64,000 bases of DNA, taken from assembly GCA_964605735.1 (NCBI GenBank), contig CAZSDS010000001.1:573864-637863 (forward strand), given 5' to 3'. Below the pieces are notes generated by a model that saw nothing but the letters and a program-made list of their open reading frames with translations, searched no databases and had not been told where the DNA came from. The DNA is from an uncultured Candidatus Saccharibacteria bacterium. GTDB taxonomy: Bacteria > Patescibacteriota > Doudnabacteria > UBA920 > O2-02-FULL-48-8. The stretch's first letter is position 1. Every line of letters starts with the position of its first letter. Made by a program: the position numbers and the translations under genes. Positions 46,789 through 55,784 of this stretch are shown here, one piece after another.

Positions 46789-47228
46789 GACCATCATCCA
46801 GCCGTACTCCGCAAAGGAACGGTTGTTTTAAGGAGGATTAAAGTGGCGAAGGATGTCGGCTATTCTGGGCCTGGCGCATTCGAGGGTTCCTTGGGCTGCG
46901 GCAAATACAGCAGAGCGCGTTCATTCTCAAGCTGACAGTTTCCAAGCCGCCCAATTTCCGGATGGGGTTTCGCGGGCCAATAAAGGAACACTTGAGAAAA
47001 TGTCCGCTTTGCAGAAAGGACACCAAACAGCTCAAGCTCGAAATTCGCCAGAAGTTAATTTCCAGTTTCAACAAATCAATCCGGATGTTTTTGGCTGAGC
47101 AGGCGGCAAAGGAAGCCAGAAGCAAATTCGCTTTGGTGGTTAACAATGACTAGGACAAACAAACCTGGTCATTTTTTTATGGCAAAAAATCCAAAACAAA
47201 AAAACGCCTCCTATCAGAGGTGCTCTTT

Positions 47229-47315
47229 TGGTGGGCACGGAGAGAGTCGAACTCTCACGGGATTGCTCCCGCACGCACCTGAAGCGTGTGCGTCTGCCAG
47301 TTCCGCCACGTGCCC
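47229..47315 (-). tRNA. tRNA-Leu (anticodon CAG), type II with a long variable arm
   Basis: Hand-folded: GGGCACG acceptor, D arm, CACGC-TTCAGGT-GCGTG anticodon arm, variable hairpin CGGGAGCAATCCCG, GAGAG-TTCGACT-CTCTC T arm, encoded CCA. Confidence 0.85.
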
Positions 47316-47396
47316 ATATTCATTTGTGCAACATTGAAAATTTACGCTATTTTTTTAGTTTTGTAAAGTAACCAAAGCCAGCTACAAGGAGGGTTC

Positions 47397-47759
47397 ATGA
47401 AAGACAATGAGAAATTTCTCACTGCGGCGCAGGCCGGCAAGGAAGTTGGCGTAAGCAAACGGGCTATTTATGCCTGGCTTCATGCGGGCAAAATAACAGC
47501 GGTTGAGCGGACCCGGGGGCACATAATCATTCCCAGGTCTTCCCTCTACAGACTTACCAACACCAGGACCATTCCCGGCACTGATGGTCAGAAATGGGCT
47601 GGGATTAATAAAGCCAGCGCGTACGCAAAAATCCACAAGAACACCCTGTTCAAATGGCTTCGGTCCGGAGAAATCGAATATGCCCACACCGCCGGAGGCA
47701 GCCCGCTGATCCGATTGAATTCCCTTCTCAGATACAGACGCCAACGCATGGGAAATTGA
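47397..47759 (+). CDS. Tandem helix-turn-helix (excisionase/Xis-type HTH_17 x2) DNA-binding protein
   Basis: 120 aa. CAAGGAGGG is the SD. Two repeats of the excisionase-family HTH are present (LTAAQAGKEVGVSKRAIYAWLHAGKITAVE and INKASAYAKIHKNTLFKWLRSGEIEYAH). It lies 82 bp from the tRNA-Leu 5' end. Confidence 0.65.
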   Translation: MKDNEKFLTAAQAGKEVGVSKRAIYAWLHAGKITAVERTRGHIIIPRSSLYRLTNTRTIPGTDGQKWAGINKASAYAKIHKNTLFKWLRSGEIEYAHTAGGSPLIRLNSLLRYRRQRMGN

Positions 47760-47772
47760 CTCGCAAGTCTCG

Positions 47773-47799
47773 GCGCTTTCGCGGAAAGCGCTTTTTTTA
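47773..47799 (+). terminator. Rho-independent terminator
   Basis: Hairpin gcgctttcgcggaaagcgc followed by ttttttt. Confidence 0.8.
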
Positions 47800-47867
47800 T
47801 GGCCAAGCTGTAACTTTTCCGGCAATCCATCGTTAATAACATTAATATGGGGTAATCAGGACCCCTC

Positions 47868-47896
47868 TTGACTTGCCTCAAACTTTCGTATATACT
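47868..47896 (+). promoter_or_regulatory. Sigma70-like promoter for the RNase J gene
   Basis: TTGACT-N17-TATACT. A roughly 190-nt leader follows, containing the hairpin ccccgcaacacacggggg. Confidence 0.5.
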
Positions 47897-48090
47897 ATCC
47901 ATGCTTAAGTTTGACCCTTACAGAAATAAAAACAATCAAATAGGCTTTAGTTAATAGAAAATAGCCAATTTCCCGTTGTTTATTTTGTGTTAATTAAGCC
48001 TCTGATGCCGCAAGGATTGCCTTGCCTCAAGCTTACTATTCAATAATTTATTAATTCCCCGCAACACACGGGGGAAAGGTTTAGTTTTTC

Positions 48091-49842
48091 ATGCCAACAC
48101 AAGGCAATATGCGTAGCCGATCGGCTGTGGCCGCTCGTCAGCAGGAAAAATCCCAATCCGCTCCTACCCGCTCCAAGGATGTCTTGAAAGTCATTCCTTT
48201 GGGTGGTATCGAAGAAGTCGGTGAAAACATGACTATCTTGGAGTACGGCGATGACATTCTGGTCATTGACATGGGCTTGGGCTTCCCTGACGAAACCATG
48301 CCTGGAATCGACTACATCATTCCAAACACCAAGTATCTGGAAGATAACAAAAAGCGCATTAAAGGCGTAATTGTTACTCACGGCCACTTGGACCACATTG
48401 GGGCAGTCCCATACATTCTGCCCAAAATCGGTGATCCGCCAATCTACACCATGAAACTCACCGGCGAACTTATCAAAAAGCGCCTGGAGGAGTTCCACTT
48501 GCTTGGCCGATCCCAAATCCATGAATTGAACAAGGATGACATCCTTACATTGGGGAACTTCCGAATTCGATTCTTCCGCATCAACCACAACATTCCTGAT
48601 GGCGTTGGTCTGGCGATCAACACCCCAGCAGGCCTGATGGTTTATGCAACTGACTGGAAATTCGACCACACTCCTGTGGACGGAAGACCAACCGAGTTTG
48701 ATAAACTCGCCAAATTCGGCGGCGAAGGCGTTGCTCTGCTTTTGAGCGACTCCACAAACGCCGAGGTCCCTGGTTACTCCATTTCTGAAAAAACTTTGGG
48801 GGAAACCATTGACCGCATCATGCAGGACGCAAAAGGACGCGTTATCTTTGCAACATTCTCAACCCTGATCTCACGCGTGCAGCAAGTCATAGACGCTGCA
48901 TATAAGACAAACAGAAAGATCGTGGTTACAGGGCGTTCACTCGTGAACAATATTGAGATCTGTCTGGCAACCAATTATCTGAGGATGCCAGCCAAAAACA
49001 TGATCATTAAGACTGAGCAGGCTAAAAAACTTCCTGACAACCAAGTGGTAATTTTGACCACGGGTTCACAGGGAGAAGAAGCCGCTGCTCTGGCCAGGAT
49101 GGCCAGAGGCGAACACAAGACCATCGAAATCAAACGCGGTGACACAGTTGTTGTTTCTGCCTCCCCTATCCCTGGCAACGAACGCGCAGTTTCTGGAATT
49201 CTTTCCAGCTTGGCCCGCCAAGGCGCAAAAGTCCTTTACCAAAAAATCTTGGATGTTCACACTTCCGGTCACGCCCGTCAGGAAGACTTGAAGCTGATGA
49301 TCTCCTTAACAAAACCTAAATTCTTCATGCCTATTCACGGCGAACATCACATGTTGCTCGCCCACGCAGATTTAGCGAAAGGCGTTGGCGTTCCAGAACA
49401 GAACATCTTTACATTGGACAACGGCCAACAGCTTGAGCTTTCTGCCAATGGCGTGAAAGTTGCAGAAGCGAAAATCCCAACCGGTTACGTCTTTGTTGAC
49501 GGCGCTGGCGTGGGTGACGTAGGCGAAGTTGTGTTGCGCGACCGTACGGTCATGAGCAAAGACGGCATGTTCGTCATCATCATGGTGGTGGACAAGAAAA
49601 CCGGCAAGCTCACACAGCAACCAGACATTATCTCCCGCGGTTTCATTTACATGAAAGGATCGGAAGATCTTTTGAAAGAAGTGAAGCACGAAGTGAGAAA
49701 AGCCGTGGAAAGCAAGAGCAAAGTAAAAGCTGAGGCCAACTGGTCTTATATCCGCTCTGAAGTCCGCGACCAAATCGGCGAATTCCTGTTCCAAAGAACA
49801 GAACGCAGACCAATGATACTTCCAGTTGTAATTGAAGTTTAA
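48091..49842 (+). CDS. rnj: Ribonuclease J (beta-CASP metallo-beta-lactamase RNase)
   Basis: 583 aa. HGHLDHIG is the metallo-beta-lactamase motif II. Beta-CASP and C-terminal domains are present. The N-terminus is typical of RNase J. Confidence 0.93.
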   Translation: MPTQGNMRSRSAVAARQQEKSQSAPTRSKDVLKVIPLGGIEEVGENMTILEYGDDILVIDMGLGFPDETMPGIDYIIPNTKYLEDNKKRIKGVIVTHGHLDHIGAVPYILPKIGDPPIYTMKLTGELIKKRLEEFHLLGRSQIHELNKDDILTLGNFRIRFFRINHNIPDGVGLAINTPAGLMVYATDWKFDHTPVDGRPTEFDKLAKFGGEGVALLLSDSTNAEVPGYSISEKTLGETIDRIMQDAKGRVIFATFSTLISRVQQVIDAAYKTNRKIVVTGRSLVNNIEICLATNYLRMPAKNMIIKTEQAKKLPDNQVVILTTGSQGEEAAALARMARGEHKTIEIKRGDTVVVSASPIPGNERAVSGILSSLARQGAKVLYQKILDVHTSGHARQEDLKLMISLTKPKFFMPIHGEHHMLLAHADLAKGVGVPEQNIFTLDNGQQLELSANGVKVAEAKIPTGYVFVDGAGVGDVGEVVLRDRTVMSKDGMFVIIMVVDKKTGKLTQQPDIISRGFIYMKGSEDLLKEVKHEVRKAVESKSKVKAEANWSYIRSEVRDQIGEFLFQRTERRPMILPVVIEV

Positions 49843-49872
49843 AATCAGATTTTGTTAAGAATTCCCGATAAA

Positions 49873-49900
49873 CCCCGCTCAAAAATGAGCGGGGTTTTGA
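49873..49900 (+). terminator. Rho-independent terminator after rnj
   Basis: Hairpin ccccgctcaaaaatgagcgggg followed by tttt. Confidence 0.75.
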
Positions 49901-49916
49901 TATCCACAACCTTGCG

Positions 49917-49945
49917 TTGACGACATAGTTTTGACTCTTTAAAAT
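49917..49945 (+). promoter_or_regulatory. Sigma70-like promoter (TTGACG-N17-TAAAAT)
   Basis: Upstream of the 49973 coiled-coil gene and trpS. Confidence 0.5.
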
Positions 49946-49972
49946 TCATTCTTATCCATTAAGAAATATCTC

Positions 49973-50308
49973 ATGGCCAAAATCACTCTAAAATCGGTTA
50001 ATGATTCAATACTTAGTCTCAAAGATGACATTAATAATACTATCCTTGATCTGAGGAATGAGATGCTAAAAGGTTTTGAAGAATTGGCCAAGATGGTCAA
50101 AAGAGGTTTCGATGAAACTGCAACTAAAAAGGAATTCGCTGACGTTCAAACTGGTCTGAATTCAAGAATCGACAACCTTGAACGTGGGCAAGATGACATT
50201 CTATTAAAGATGGATAATTTTGCTTACAAATTTGAGGTTAACGAGCTTAAAAAGCGAGCCACCAAAACCGAAGGCCGGCTAAACAGGCTTGAGGAAGCCA
50301 AAAAATAG
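49973..50308 (+). CDS. Hypothetical coiled-coil protein (111 aa)
   Basis: Heptad-rich and charged. I recognise no family. Confidence 0.45.
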   Translation: MAKITLKSVNDSILSLKDDINNTILDLRNEMLKGFEELAKMVKRGFDETATKKEFADVQTGLNSRIDNLERGQDDILLKMDNFAYKFEVNELKKRATKTEGRLNRLEEAKK

Positions 50309-50351
50309 CATAAATTTCCGAAATTCAATAAAAAGGAATATAATATGCTAT

Positions 50352-51326
50352 ATGAAAGACATTATTGTATCTGGCATCAGAGCCACGGGAAAACTGCACA
50401 TCGGTAATTACCTGGGCGCATTGAAACAGTTTGTTGATATTCAGAACGCGGGCAACACCACCAGCTTTGTGTTTATTGCAGACCTTCACGCACTGACCAC
50501 CCCTTTTGAACCAAAAGAGCTCACTCAAAACACCTATGAGGTGGTTGCTGAGTACCTTGCCGCAGGAATTGACCCCAAAAAATCCGTATTTTTTTTACAG
50601 AACCACGTCCAGGAACATGCAGAGCTGGCGTGGATTTTTAATTGCATCACCCCGCTAGGCGAACTGGAACGCATGACGCAATTCAAAGATAAATCCAAAC
50701 AGCATAAAACCAATATCAACGCCGGCCTGCTCACCTATCCTACACTGATGGCTGCGGACATTTTGATTTATAAACCAAATACTGTGCCTGTGGGAGAAGA
50801 TCAGGTACAGCATGTGGAGCTGGCCCGAATTGTTGCCCGCAAATTTAATGCACGATTCGGTGAAACCTTCCCCGAGCCAAAAACTCATTTGCACAAACCG
50901 TTGCGCATCATGAGCCTAAAAGATCCAAATAAAAAAATGAGCAAAACCGGAGATGAAGCTTTGATGCTTTCGGATGAGCCAGAAGTTATTTTGAAAAAAA
51001 TGAAGAAGGCTGTGACTGCCACAGAAGGTAAAGACCAATCACCTGGCACTGATAATTTATTCCAACTGCTTGGGTTCTTTGGTACAGCTGAACAGCAAAA
51101 ATATTTCAAAGACCAGCGCGCCAGCAACTCCCTGAAATTCAGCGAGTTGAAAGAAACTCTAGCAAAGGAAATTTCCCAGCACTTTGCTGAATTCAGAGAC
51201 AAAAAGAACAAATTATTGGCAGACAAAAAGCAACTTGACGAATTACTTGCTGAAGGTGCAGGGAAAGCACGAAAGATCGCACAACAGACGTTAAAAGAAG
51301 TCAAAAACAAAATAGGCCTAATCTAA
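50352..51326 (+). CDS. trpS: Tryptophanyl-tRNA synthetase (class I)
   Basis: About 324 aa from ATG 50352. SGIRATGKLHIGNYLGA is the HIGH motif, and KMSKT is also present. The track ORF starts 21 codons earlier; I regard that extension as spurious. Confidence 0.93.
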   Translation: MKDIIVSGIRATGKLHIGNYLGALKQFVDIQNAGNTTSFVFIADLHALTTPFEPKELTQNTYEVVAEYLAAGIDPKKSVFFLQNHVQEHAELAWIFNCITPLGELERMTQFKDKSKQHKTNINAGLLTYPTLMAADILIYKPNTVPVGEDQVQHVELARIVARKFNARFGETFPEPKTHLHKPLRIMSLKDPNKKMSKTGDEALMLSDEPEVILKKMKKAVTATEGKDQSPGTDNLFQLLGFFGTAEQQKYFKDQRASNSLKFSELKETLAKEISQHFAEFRDKKNKLLADKKQLDELLAEGAGKARKIAQQTLKEVKNKIGLI

Positions 51327-51415
51327 CGCAGACACAAACCCTGCGCTAGGTCAGGCTTGTTTGCACACCGCATACAAGTCCTGGAGTCATACAGCAGAAC
51401 CATACGGAGGGCGTC

Positions 51416-51754
51416 ATGACCACGGTAGTCGAAATCAAATTCGACGACAGGCCTACTTATATCAATCGCGGGCTGGACCGGACCAACGAACTGCTCAGCT
51501 CTGTTCGCGATCAGAAACTGTTCGAAAGCCGGTTCCCCCACATCAACGGCGGATGCAGCATTTTTCCGCGGCTGGTAGCTGTAGGGAGATCAGCGAACAT
51601 GAAAGACGGCACTACCACAGCCTACCTGGAAATCAATCAATTCCAGGAAAGCGACCTGGATGCGCTCAGGCAAATCCGCGACGCAATTGAGTGCCGCGTC
51701 ATTCAGTCCCAGCCGAACGAAATCCCCTGTTTCTGGATGGCTTGCAACAACTGA
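51416..51754 (+). CDS. Hypothetical protein, moderately GC-rich orphan (112 aa)
   Basis: GGAGGG SD. A terminator follows. I recognise no family. Confidence 0.45.
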   Translation: MTTVVEIKFDDRPTYINRGLDRTNELLSSVRDQKLFESRFPHINGGCSIFPRLVAVGRSANMKDGTTTAYLEINQFQESDLDALRQIRDAIECRVIQSQPNEIPCFWMACNN

Positions 51755-51764
51755 CTAACGGCAA

Positions 51765-51802
51765 AACGAAAGGCGCCTTCTCACGAAGGCGCCGTTTTTT
51801 TA
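51765..51802. terminator. Bidirectional rho-independent terminator
   Basis: Hairpin ggcgccttctcacgaaggcgcc flanked by an A-run and a T-run. Confidence 0.75.
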
Positions 51803-51821
51803 TCCTTGAGAAATTATTCGC

Positions 51822-53171
51822 CTAAAACCGGATCATTTCCCTCAACTCCTTGGTTTTCTGCTGCAACTTTTCTGCATTTTTGGCTTCCACGTTCAACCGG
51901 ATTAACGGTTCCGTATTCGATCCCCTGACGTTTGCGCGCCAGTGCGGGAACTCGATGGACAAGCCGTCCACTTTTTCCATTTTAGCGGCATCGTGAAACT
52001 TTTCTTCAAACTTTTCCAGGATTGGCTTGACATGGTTCTGGTCAGGAAGCTTGATGTTTATCTCGCCAGAAATCGGGTAGTGCTCAAAATAACGGTCAAA
52101 AATTTCTGAAACCTTTTTTCCTGATTCGCTGATCAGTTGGAGCATGACTAGAAACGGAATAATGCCGTTGTCTGCGTAGTAGTAATCTTTAAAATAGTAA
52201 TGCCCGCTGGACTCTCCAGCAAAAACCGCTTGCTCTTTCCGCATGCGTTCTTTAAAAAAACTGTGTCCGGCTTTGTTGATCAAAGGAATTCCGCCATTGC
52301 TCACCACTTCGTCAACAATTGCCCAGGTCAGCCTTGGGTCACAGATGATCCTTGCACCCGGGTGTTTTTGGCAATAGTATTTTCCCATAAACGCAGTCAG
52401 ATAATAACCTGGAATAAATCGTCCGTTTTCATCAAACATAAAAAAGCGGTCCGCATCCCCATCCCACGCTACTCCAAAATCTGCTTTTTCTTTTAATATG
52501 GCCTCGACTGTTTCTTTTCTGTTCTCTTCCTGCAACGGATCTGGTTGGCCCTTTGGAAAAGTCCCGTCCGGCACTTCGTTAAGCATTACCAGGTCAATTG
52601 GCAAATCCATCTTAATGACGTTCTGCAGTGCCGGCCCAAACATGGCGTTAGCAACCACTTTAAGTTTTTTGATTTTGCCGAGGTCAATAAAAGTCAGGCA
52701 TTTCTTTATATAATCATTTAATATATCCACTTTGCTGACCGCCCCTGGCTCTTCGGCCGTATAAACATATCCTTCCTCAACCAGAGTTTGGATAACCTTA
52801 ATCCCTGTGTCTCCTGAAACTGGAATGGCGTCTGCCCTAACCATTTTCATGCCATTATATTCAGCCGGATTATGGGAAGCTGAAATTGTGATCCCTCCAT
52901 CATATCCGTTATGGGCAACGGCAAAGTAAAGCATGTCTGTGGAAACCACGCCAATGTCAACAACGTTAACCCCGTGATCAACCAATCCCTTTTTTGCGGC
53001 TTCCCAAAGGCTCTCCCCCGACGTCCTGACGTCTCTGCCCAAGGCCACTGTCTTCGGGTCTAGAAATTTGGCATAAGCCTGCGCAATTTTATAAACAGCG
53101 TTCTCGTCTATTTGGGAAGGGTAAATCCCGCGAATATCGTATGCTTTGAAAATAGAGTTATCGATTGCCAT
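51822..53171 (-). CDS. Phosphomannomutase/phosphoglucomutase (alpha-D-phosphohexomutase family)
   Basis: 449 aa. GITISASHNPAEYNGMK is the active-site Ser loop, in a four-domain PGM/PMM architecture. Confidence 0.9.
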   Translation of the reverse strand: MAIDNSIFKAYDIRGIYPSQIDENAVYKIAQAYAKFLDPKTVALGRDVRTSGESLWEAAKKGLVDHGVNVVDIGVVSTDMLYFAVAHNGYDGGITISASHNPAEYNGMKMVRADAIPVSGDTGIKVIQTLVEEGYVYTAEEPGAVSKVDILNDYIKKCLTFIDLGKIKKLKVVANAMFGPALQNVIKMDLPIDLVMLNEVPDGTFPKGQPDPLQEENRKETVEAILKEKADFGVAWDGDADRFFMFDENGRFIPGYYLTAFMGKYYCQKHPGARIICDPRLTWAIVDEVVSNGGIPLINKAGHSFFKERMRKEQAVFAGESSGHYYFKDYYYADNGIIPFLVMLQLISESGKKVSEIFDRYFEHYPISGEINIKLPDQNHVKPILEKFEEKFHDAAKMEKVDGLSIEFPHWRANVRGSNTEPLIRLNVEAKNAEKLQQKTKELREMIRF

Positions 53172-53278
53172 AGTTTCCTGAAATTCTTTGCTTAATTCTA
53201 TCCTTAGTATATGTCAGGAGCCGGTTTTTTGCTACCGCCTCGCTTGTGGTATAATGAGTGTCGACTTAATCACAAAAG

Positions 53279-53818
53279 ATGAAACTAGTTAAAGACATTT
53301 TGCTAATTGATTTCGAAACTACTGACATAGATCCATTGAAAGCCAAGCCCGTTCAATTGGCAGCAGTCCTCCTGGATAAATCTGATTTACAGGAAAAGGC
53401 CAATTTTGCAACATTTATCAAGCAAGACTTATCAGATGCCAACCCTCAAGCTTTGGCTATAAATGGAATAACCGAAAAACATCTTGAATCAGCACCTTCA
53501 CAGGATGAGGTAATTAAAAAATTCATCGAAAAATTTGGCTCAAATATTATGCTTTGTTCATGGGTCCAATTTTTGGATAGGGCCATGTTGTTCAAAATGC
53601 TGGCAGATGCAAAACTTGATTACAGGATTTACGATTACTACCACTATTTGGATCTTTGGCCTGTAAGCTACATTTATTTGGCCAAACAGGGTTACGCTGG
53701 AGAAATAAACTCTGAATCAATGTTCAAAGCGTTTGGGCTCGCTTCAAGAAAACAGCATGACGCACTTGAAGATTGCCGAATGGCTGCAGAAATTCTAAGA
53801 AAAATTTTAAGCACATAA
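53279..53818 (+). CDS. DEDD-family 3'-5' exonuclease (DnaQ/epsilon-like)
   Basis: 179 aa. It has the ExoI motif ILLIDFETTD and the ExoIII motif HDALEDCRMAAEIL. Confidence 0.8.
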   Translation: MKLVKDILLIDFETTDIDPLKAKPVQLAAVLLDKSDLQEKANFATFIKQDLSDANPQALAINGITEKHLESAPSQDEVIKKFIEKFGSNIMLCSWVQFLDRAMLFKMLADAKLDYRIYDYYHYLDLWPVSYIYLAKQGYAGEINSESMFKAFGLASRKQHDALEDCRMAAEILRKILST

Positions 53819-53825
53819 TAATCAA

Positions 53826-54881
53826 ATGTCACTAAAAGTCGGAATTGTTGGCTTACCTAACGTGGGGAAATCAACATTATTTAACGCAATTACCAAACAA
53901 TCCATTCCTGCCTCTAACTTCCCCTTTACCACCATCGAGCCAAACGTTGGGATCATTAACGTGCCTGACGAGCGCATTCCCAAGCTTGCCGCTTTGGAAA
54001 AGTCTGAAAAGCAAGTGCCAGCCACCATTGAGTTCGTGGATATTGCCGGGCTGGTTAAAGGCGCTTCAGAAGGCGCAGGGCTTGGGAATAAATTTTTATC
54101 TCACATCAGAGAAGTGGATGCCATTATTCAGGTTGTCCGGTTTTTCCAGAATAAGGATATTGTCCACGTTGACGGCACGGTTGACCCTGCCCGGGATATT
54201 GAAGTTATAAACCTTGAGCTGATGCTCGCTGATTTGAATACCGTAACCAAGCGTTTGGAAGGTTTGGCAAGAGAAATAAAATCAGGCAGCAAAGAAGCCG
54301 TTGTGAACAAAGCCGCGCTGGAACGAATCCAATCTGCGCTGGAAGAAGGAAAACCAGCTCAGTCTGTTGAACTCAGCGAAGAAGAGTTCAAGCTGGTCAA
54401 ACAACTGCAACTTCTGACCATGAAGCCGATATTATACGTGGCTAACACCAACGAACAGACTGCGCCAAGCATAAATGGACTTGAGCTGTTGCCTATTGAT
54501 ATAAAAGTTGAATCAGAACTAGCGGAACTTAATGATGAAGATAAAATAGAATACATGAGAGAATTCGGAATTTCTGAATCAGGCTTGGACCGGCTGGCGC
54601 GAGCCGCATACAAACTGCTTGACCTGATCACCTATTTCACAGCCGGACCTATGGAAACCAAAGCCTGGACTATCATGCGCGGGACCAAAGCCCCTCAGGC
54701 TGCGGGCGTCATCCATACTGATTTTGAAAAAGGATTTATCAAGGCTGAAGTTATTGCCTGGGATAAGCTTTTGGATGCCGGGTCTTACGCCACAGCTCGC
54801 GAAAAGGGCTGGTTGCGCCTGGAAGGAAAGGAGTATATAGTCCAGGACGGTGATGTCTGTCATTTCCGTTTCAACAATTAG
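53826..54881 (+). CDS. ychF: Ribosome-binding ATPase YchF (Obg-family)
   Basis: 351 aa. The P-loop is GIVGLPNVGKSTLFNAIT. It has a coiled-coil insert and a C-terminal TGS domain. Confidence 0.93.
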   Translation: MSLKVGIVGLPNVGKSTLFNAITKQSIPASNFPFTTIEPNVGIINVPDERIPKLAALEKSEKQVPATIEFVDIAGLVKGASEGAGLGNKFLSHIREVDAIIQVVRFFQNKDIVHVDGTVDPARDIEVINLELMLADLNTVTKRLEGLAREIKSGSKEAVVNKAALERIQSALEEGKPAQSVELSEEEFKLVKQLQLLTMKPILYVANTNEQTAPSINGLELLPIDIKVESELAELNDEDKIEYMREFGISESGLDRLARAAYKLLDLITYFTAGPMETKAWTIMRGTKAPQAAGVIHTDFEKGFIKAEVIAWDKLLDAGSYATAREKGWLRLEGKEYIVQDGDVCHFRFNN

Positions 54882-54905
54882 CGCAAAAGGGAAAGGAGCA
54901 GGAGG

Positions 54906-55046
54906 ATGATAAAAACAGCAACAGACCGTTGGAAGTCACTCTCTTCGAATTGGGAGTCACTCCCCTCAGAAACGAAGGTAACCTGCGTATCCTTCGCAAT
55001 CATGTTCGCAGTCCTCGTCTATGCCGTACTGGACCTGAAATTCTGA
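54906..55046 (+). CDS. Small membrane-anchored peptide (46 aa) downstream of ychF
   Basis: Below the track size cut-off. AGGAGCAGGAGG is a strong SD. My translation is MIKTATDRWKSLSSNWESLPSETKVTCVSFAIMFAVLVYAVLDLKF. An intrinsic terminator follows. Confidence 0.4.
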   Translation: MIKTATDRWKSLSSNWESLPSETKVTCVSFAIMFAVLVYAVLDLKF

Positions 55047-55060
55047 CGTTTGACTGCTCT

Positions 55061-55088
55061 GCCATCCGCTTTGGATGGCATTTTTTAT
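55061..55088 (+). terminator. Rho-independent terminator
   Basis: Hairpin gccatccgctttggatggc followed by atttttta. Confidence 0.75.
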
Positions 55089-55114
55089 TGCCTCCCTGAT
55101 ACTTGCCCTGATAC

Positions 55115-55143
55115 TTGCCAAAACCACTTGTATTTGCTAGAAT
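55115..55143 (+). promoter_or_regulatory. Sigma70-like promoter for rpsF-ssb-rpsR (TTGCCA-N17-TAGAAT)
   Basis: Near-consensus promoter about 130 nt upstream of the rpsF ATG. Confidence 0.6.
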
Positions 55144-55176
55144 ATGCGAGCCTTCAAAAAGGCCGAACAATTGAAT

Positions 55177-55203
55177 CCTCCACCGCACTTCGTGCTACGG
55201 AGG
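55177..55203 (+). promoter_or_regulatory. Hairpin in the rpsF 5'-UTR (CCTCC...GGAGG), a candidate S6:S18 autoregulatory leader
   Basis: cctccaccgcacttcgtgctacggagg inside a roughly 130-nt leader. The S6:S18 complex is known to bind a leader in the rpsF operon. Confidence 0.4.
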
Positions 55204-55274
55204 ACGAATAATTAACTCACACTCGGTCCGCCAAATACAAGTCGAGCGGGCTGATAAGACCAGAAAGGATTCTT

Positions 55275-55727
55275 ATGCCAAAGTATGAGCTGATGTATAT
55301 ATTATCTTCAGCCGTTTCCGATAATGATGTGCCTGCAGTCGTTGCAGAGGTCGACAAATACCTCTCTTCACAAGGCGGCACGCTTCTTACCCAAGAAATG
55401 TTGGGCAAAAAGAAGTTGGCTTATCCGATCAAAAAAACCAGGAACGGTTTTTATGTTGTCCAAACTTTCAACATGGATTCAAGAAAGTTGCAGGATTTAG
55501 ACAACAAACTGCGCTCAATCGAAGCGATAATCCGCTACCTCGTCATCAATGTTGATGAACAGGAACGACGCGCAGCCAAAGACCGCGTGGTTCGCGAAGC
55601 CATGCAAGCAAACCGCAAGCCTCAAACTGCCCCAGCGGAAGAAGGCTCCCCTGCTGCTCCAATCACCGACACGGAATTGGAACAGAAGATCGAAAAAGCG
55701 CTTGAATCAGAAGATCTGACCAAATAA
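55275..55727 (+). CDS. rpsF: 30S ribosomal protein S6 (with an acidic C-terminal extension)
   Basis: 150 aa. MPKYELMYIL... matches the S6 fold. Confidence 0.9.
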   Translation: MPKYELMYILSSAVSDNDVPAVVAEVDKYLSSQGGTLLTQEMLGKKKLAYPIKKTRNGFYVVQTFNMDSRKLQDLDNKLRSIEAIIRYLVINVDEQERRAAKDRVVREAMQANRKPQTAPAEEGSPAAPITDTELEQKIEKALESEDLTK

Positions 55728-55784
55728 ATTTTCGGCAACAAAGCACCGCTTAAACTGGTGCAGTAAAAAATTAACCACAAACAT

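Noticed and set aside
46843-47153. Small ORFs between the SBP gene and tRNA-Leu (GTG-initiated 30-aa; 63-aa with CPLCRKD; 81-aa; 102-aa antisense)
   Set aside because: They overlap in different frames. Only one has an SD and none is recognisable. I mentioned them as a possibly degenerate region rather than calling any as a gene.
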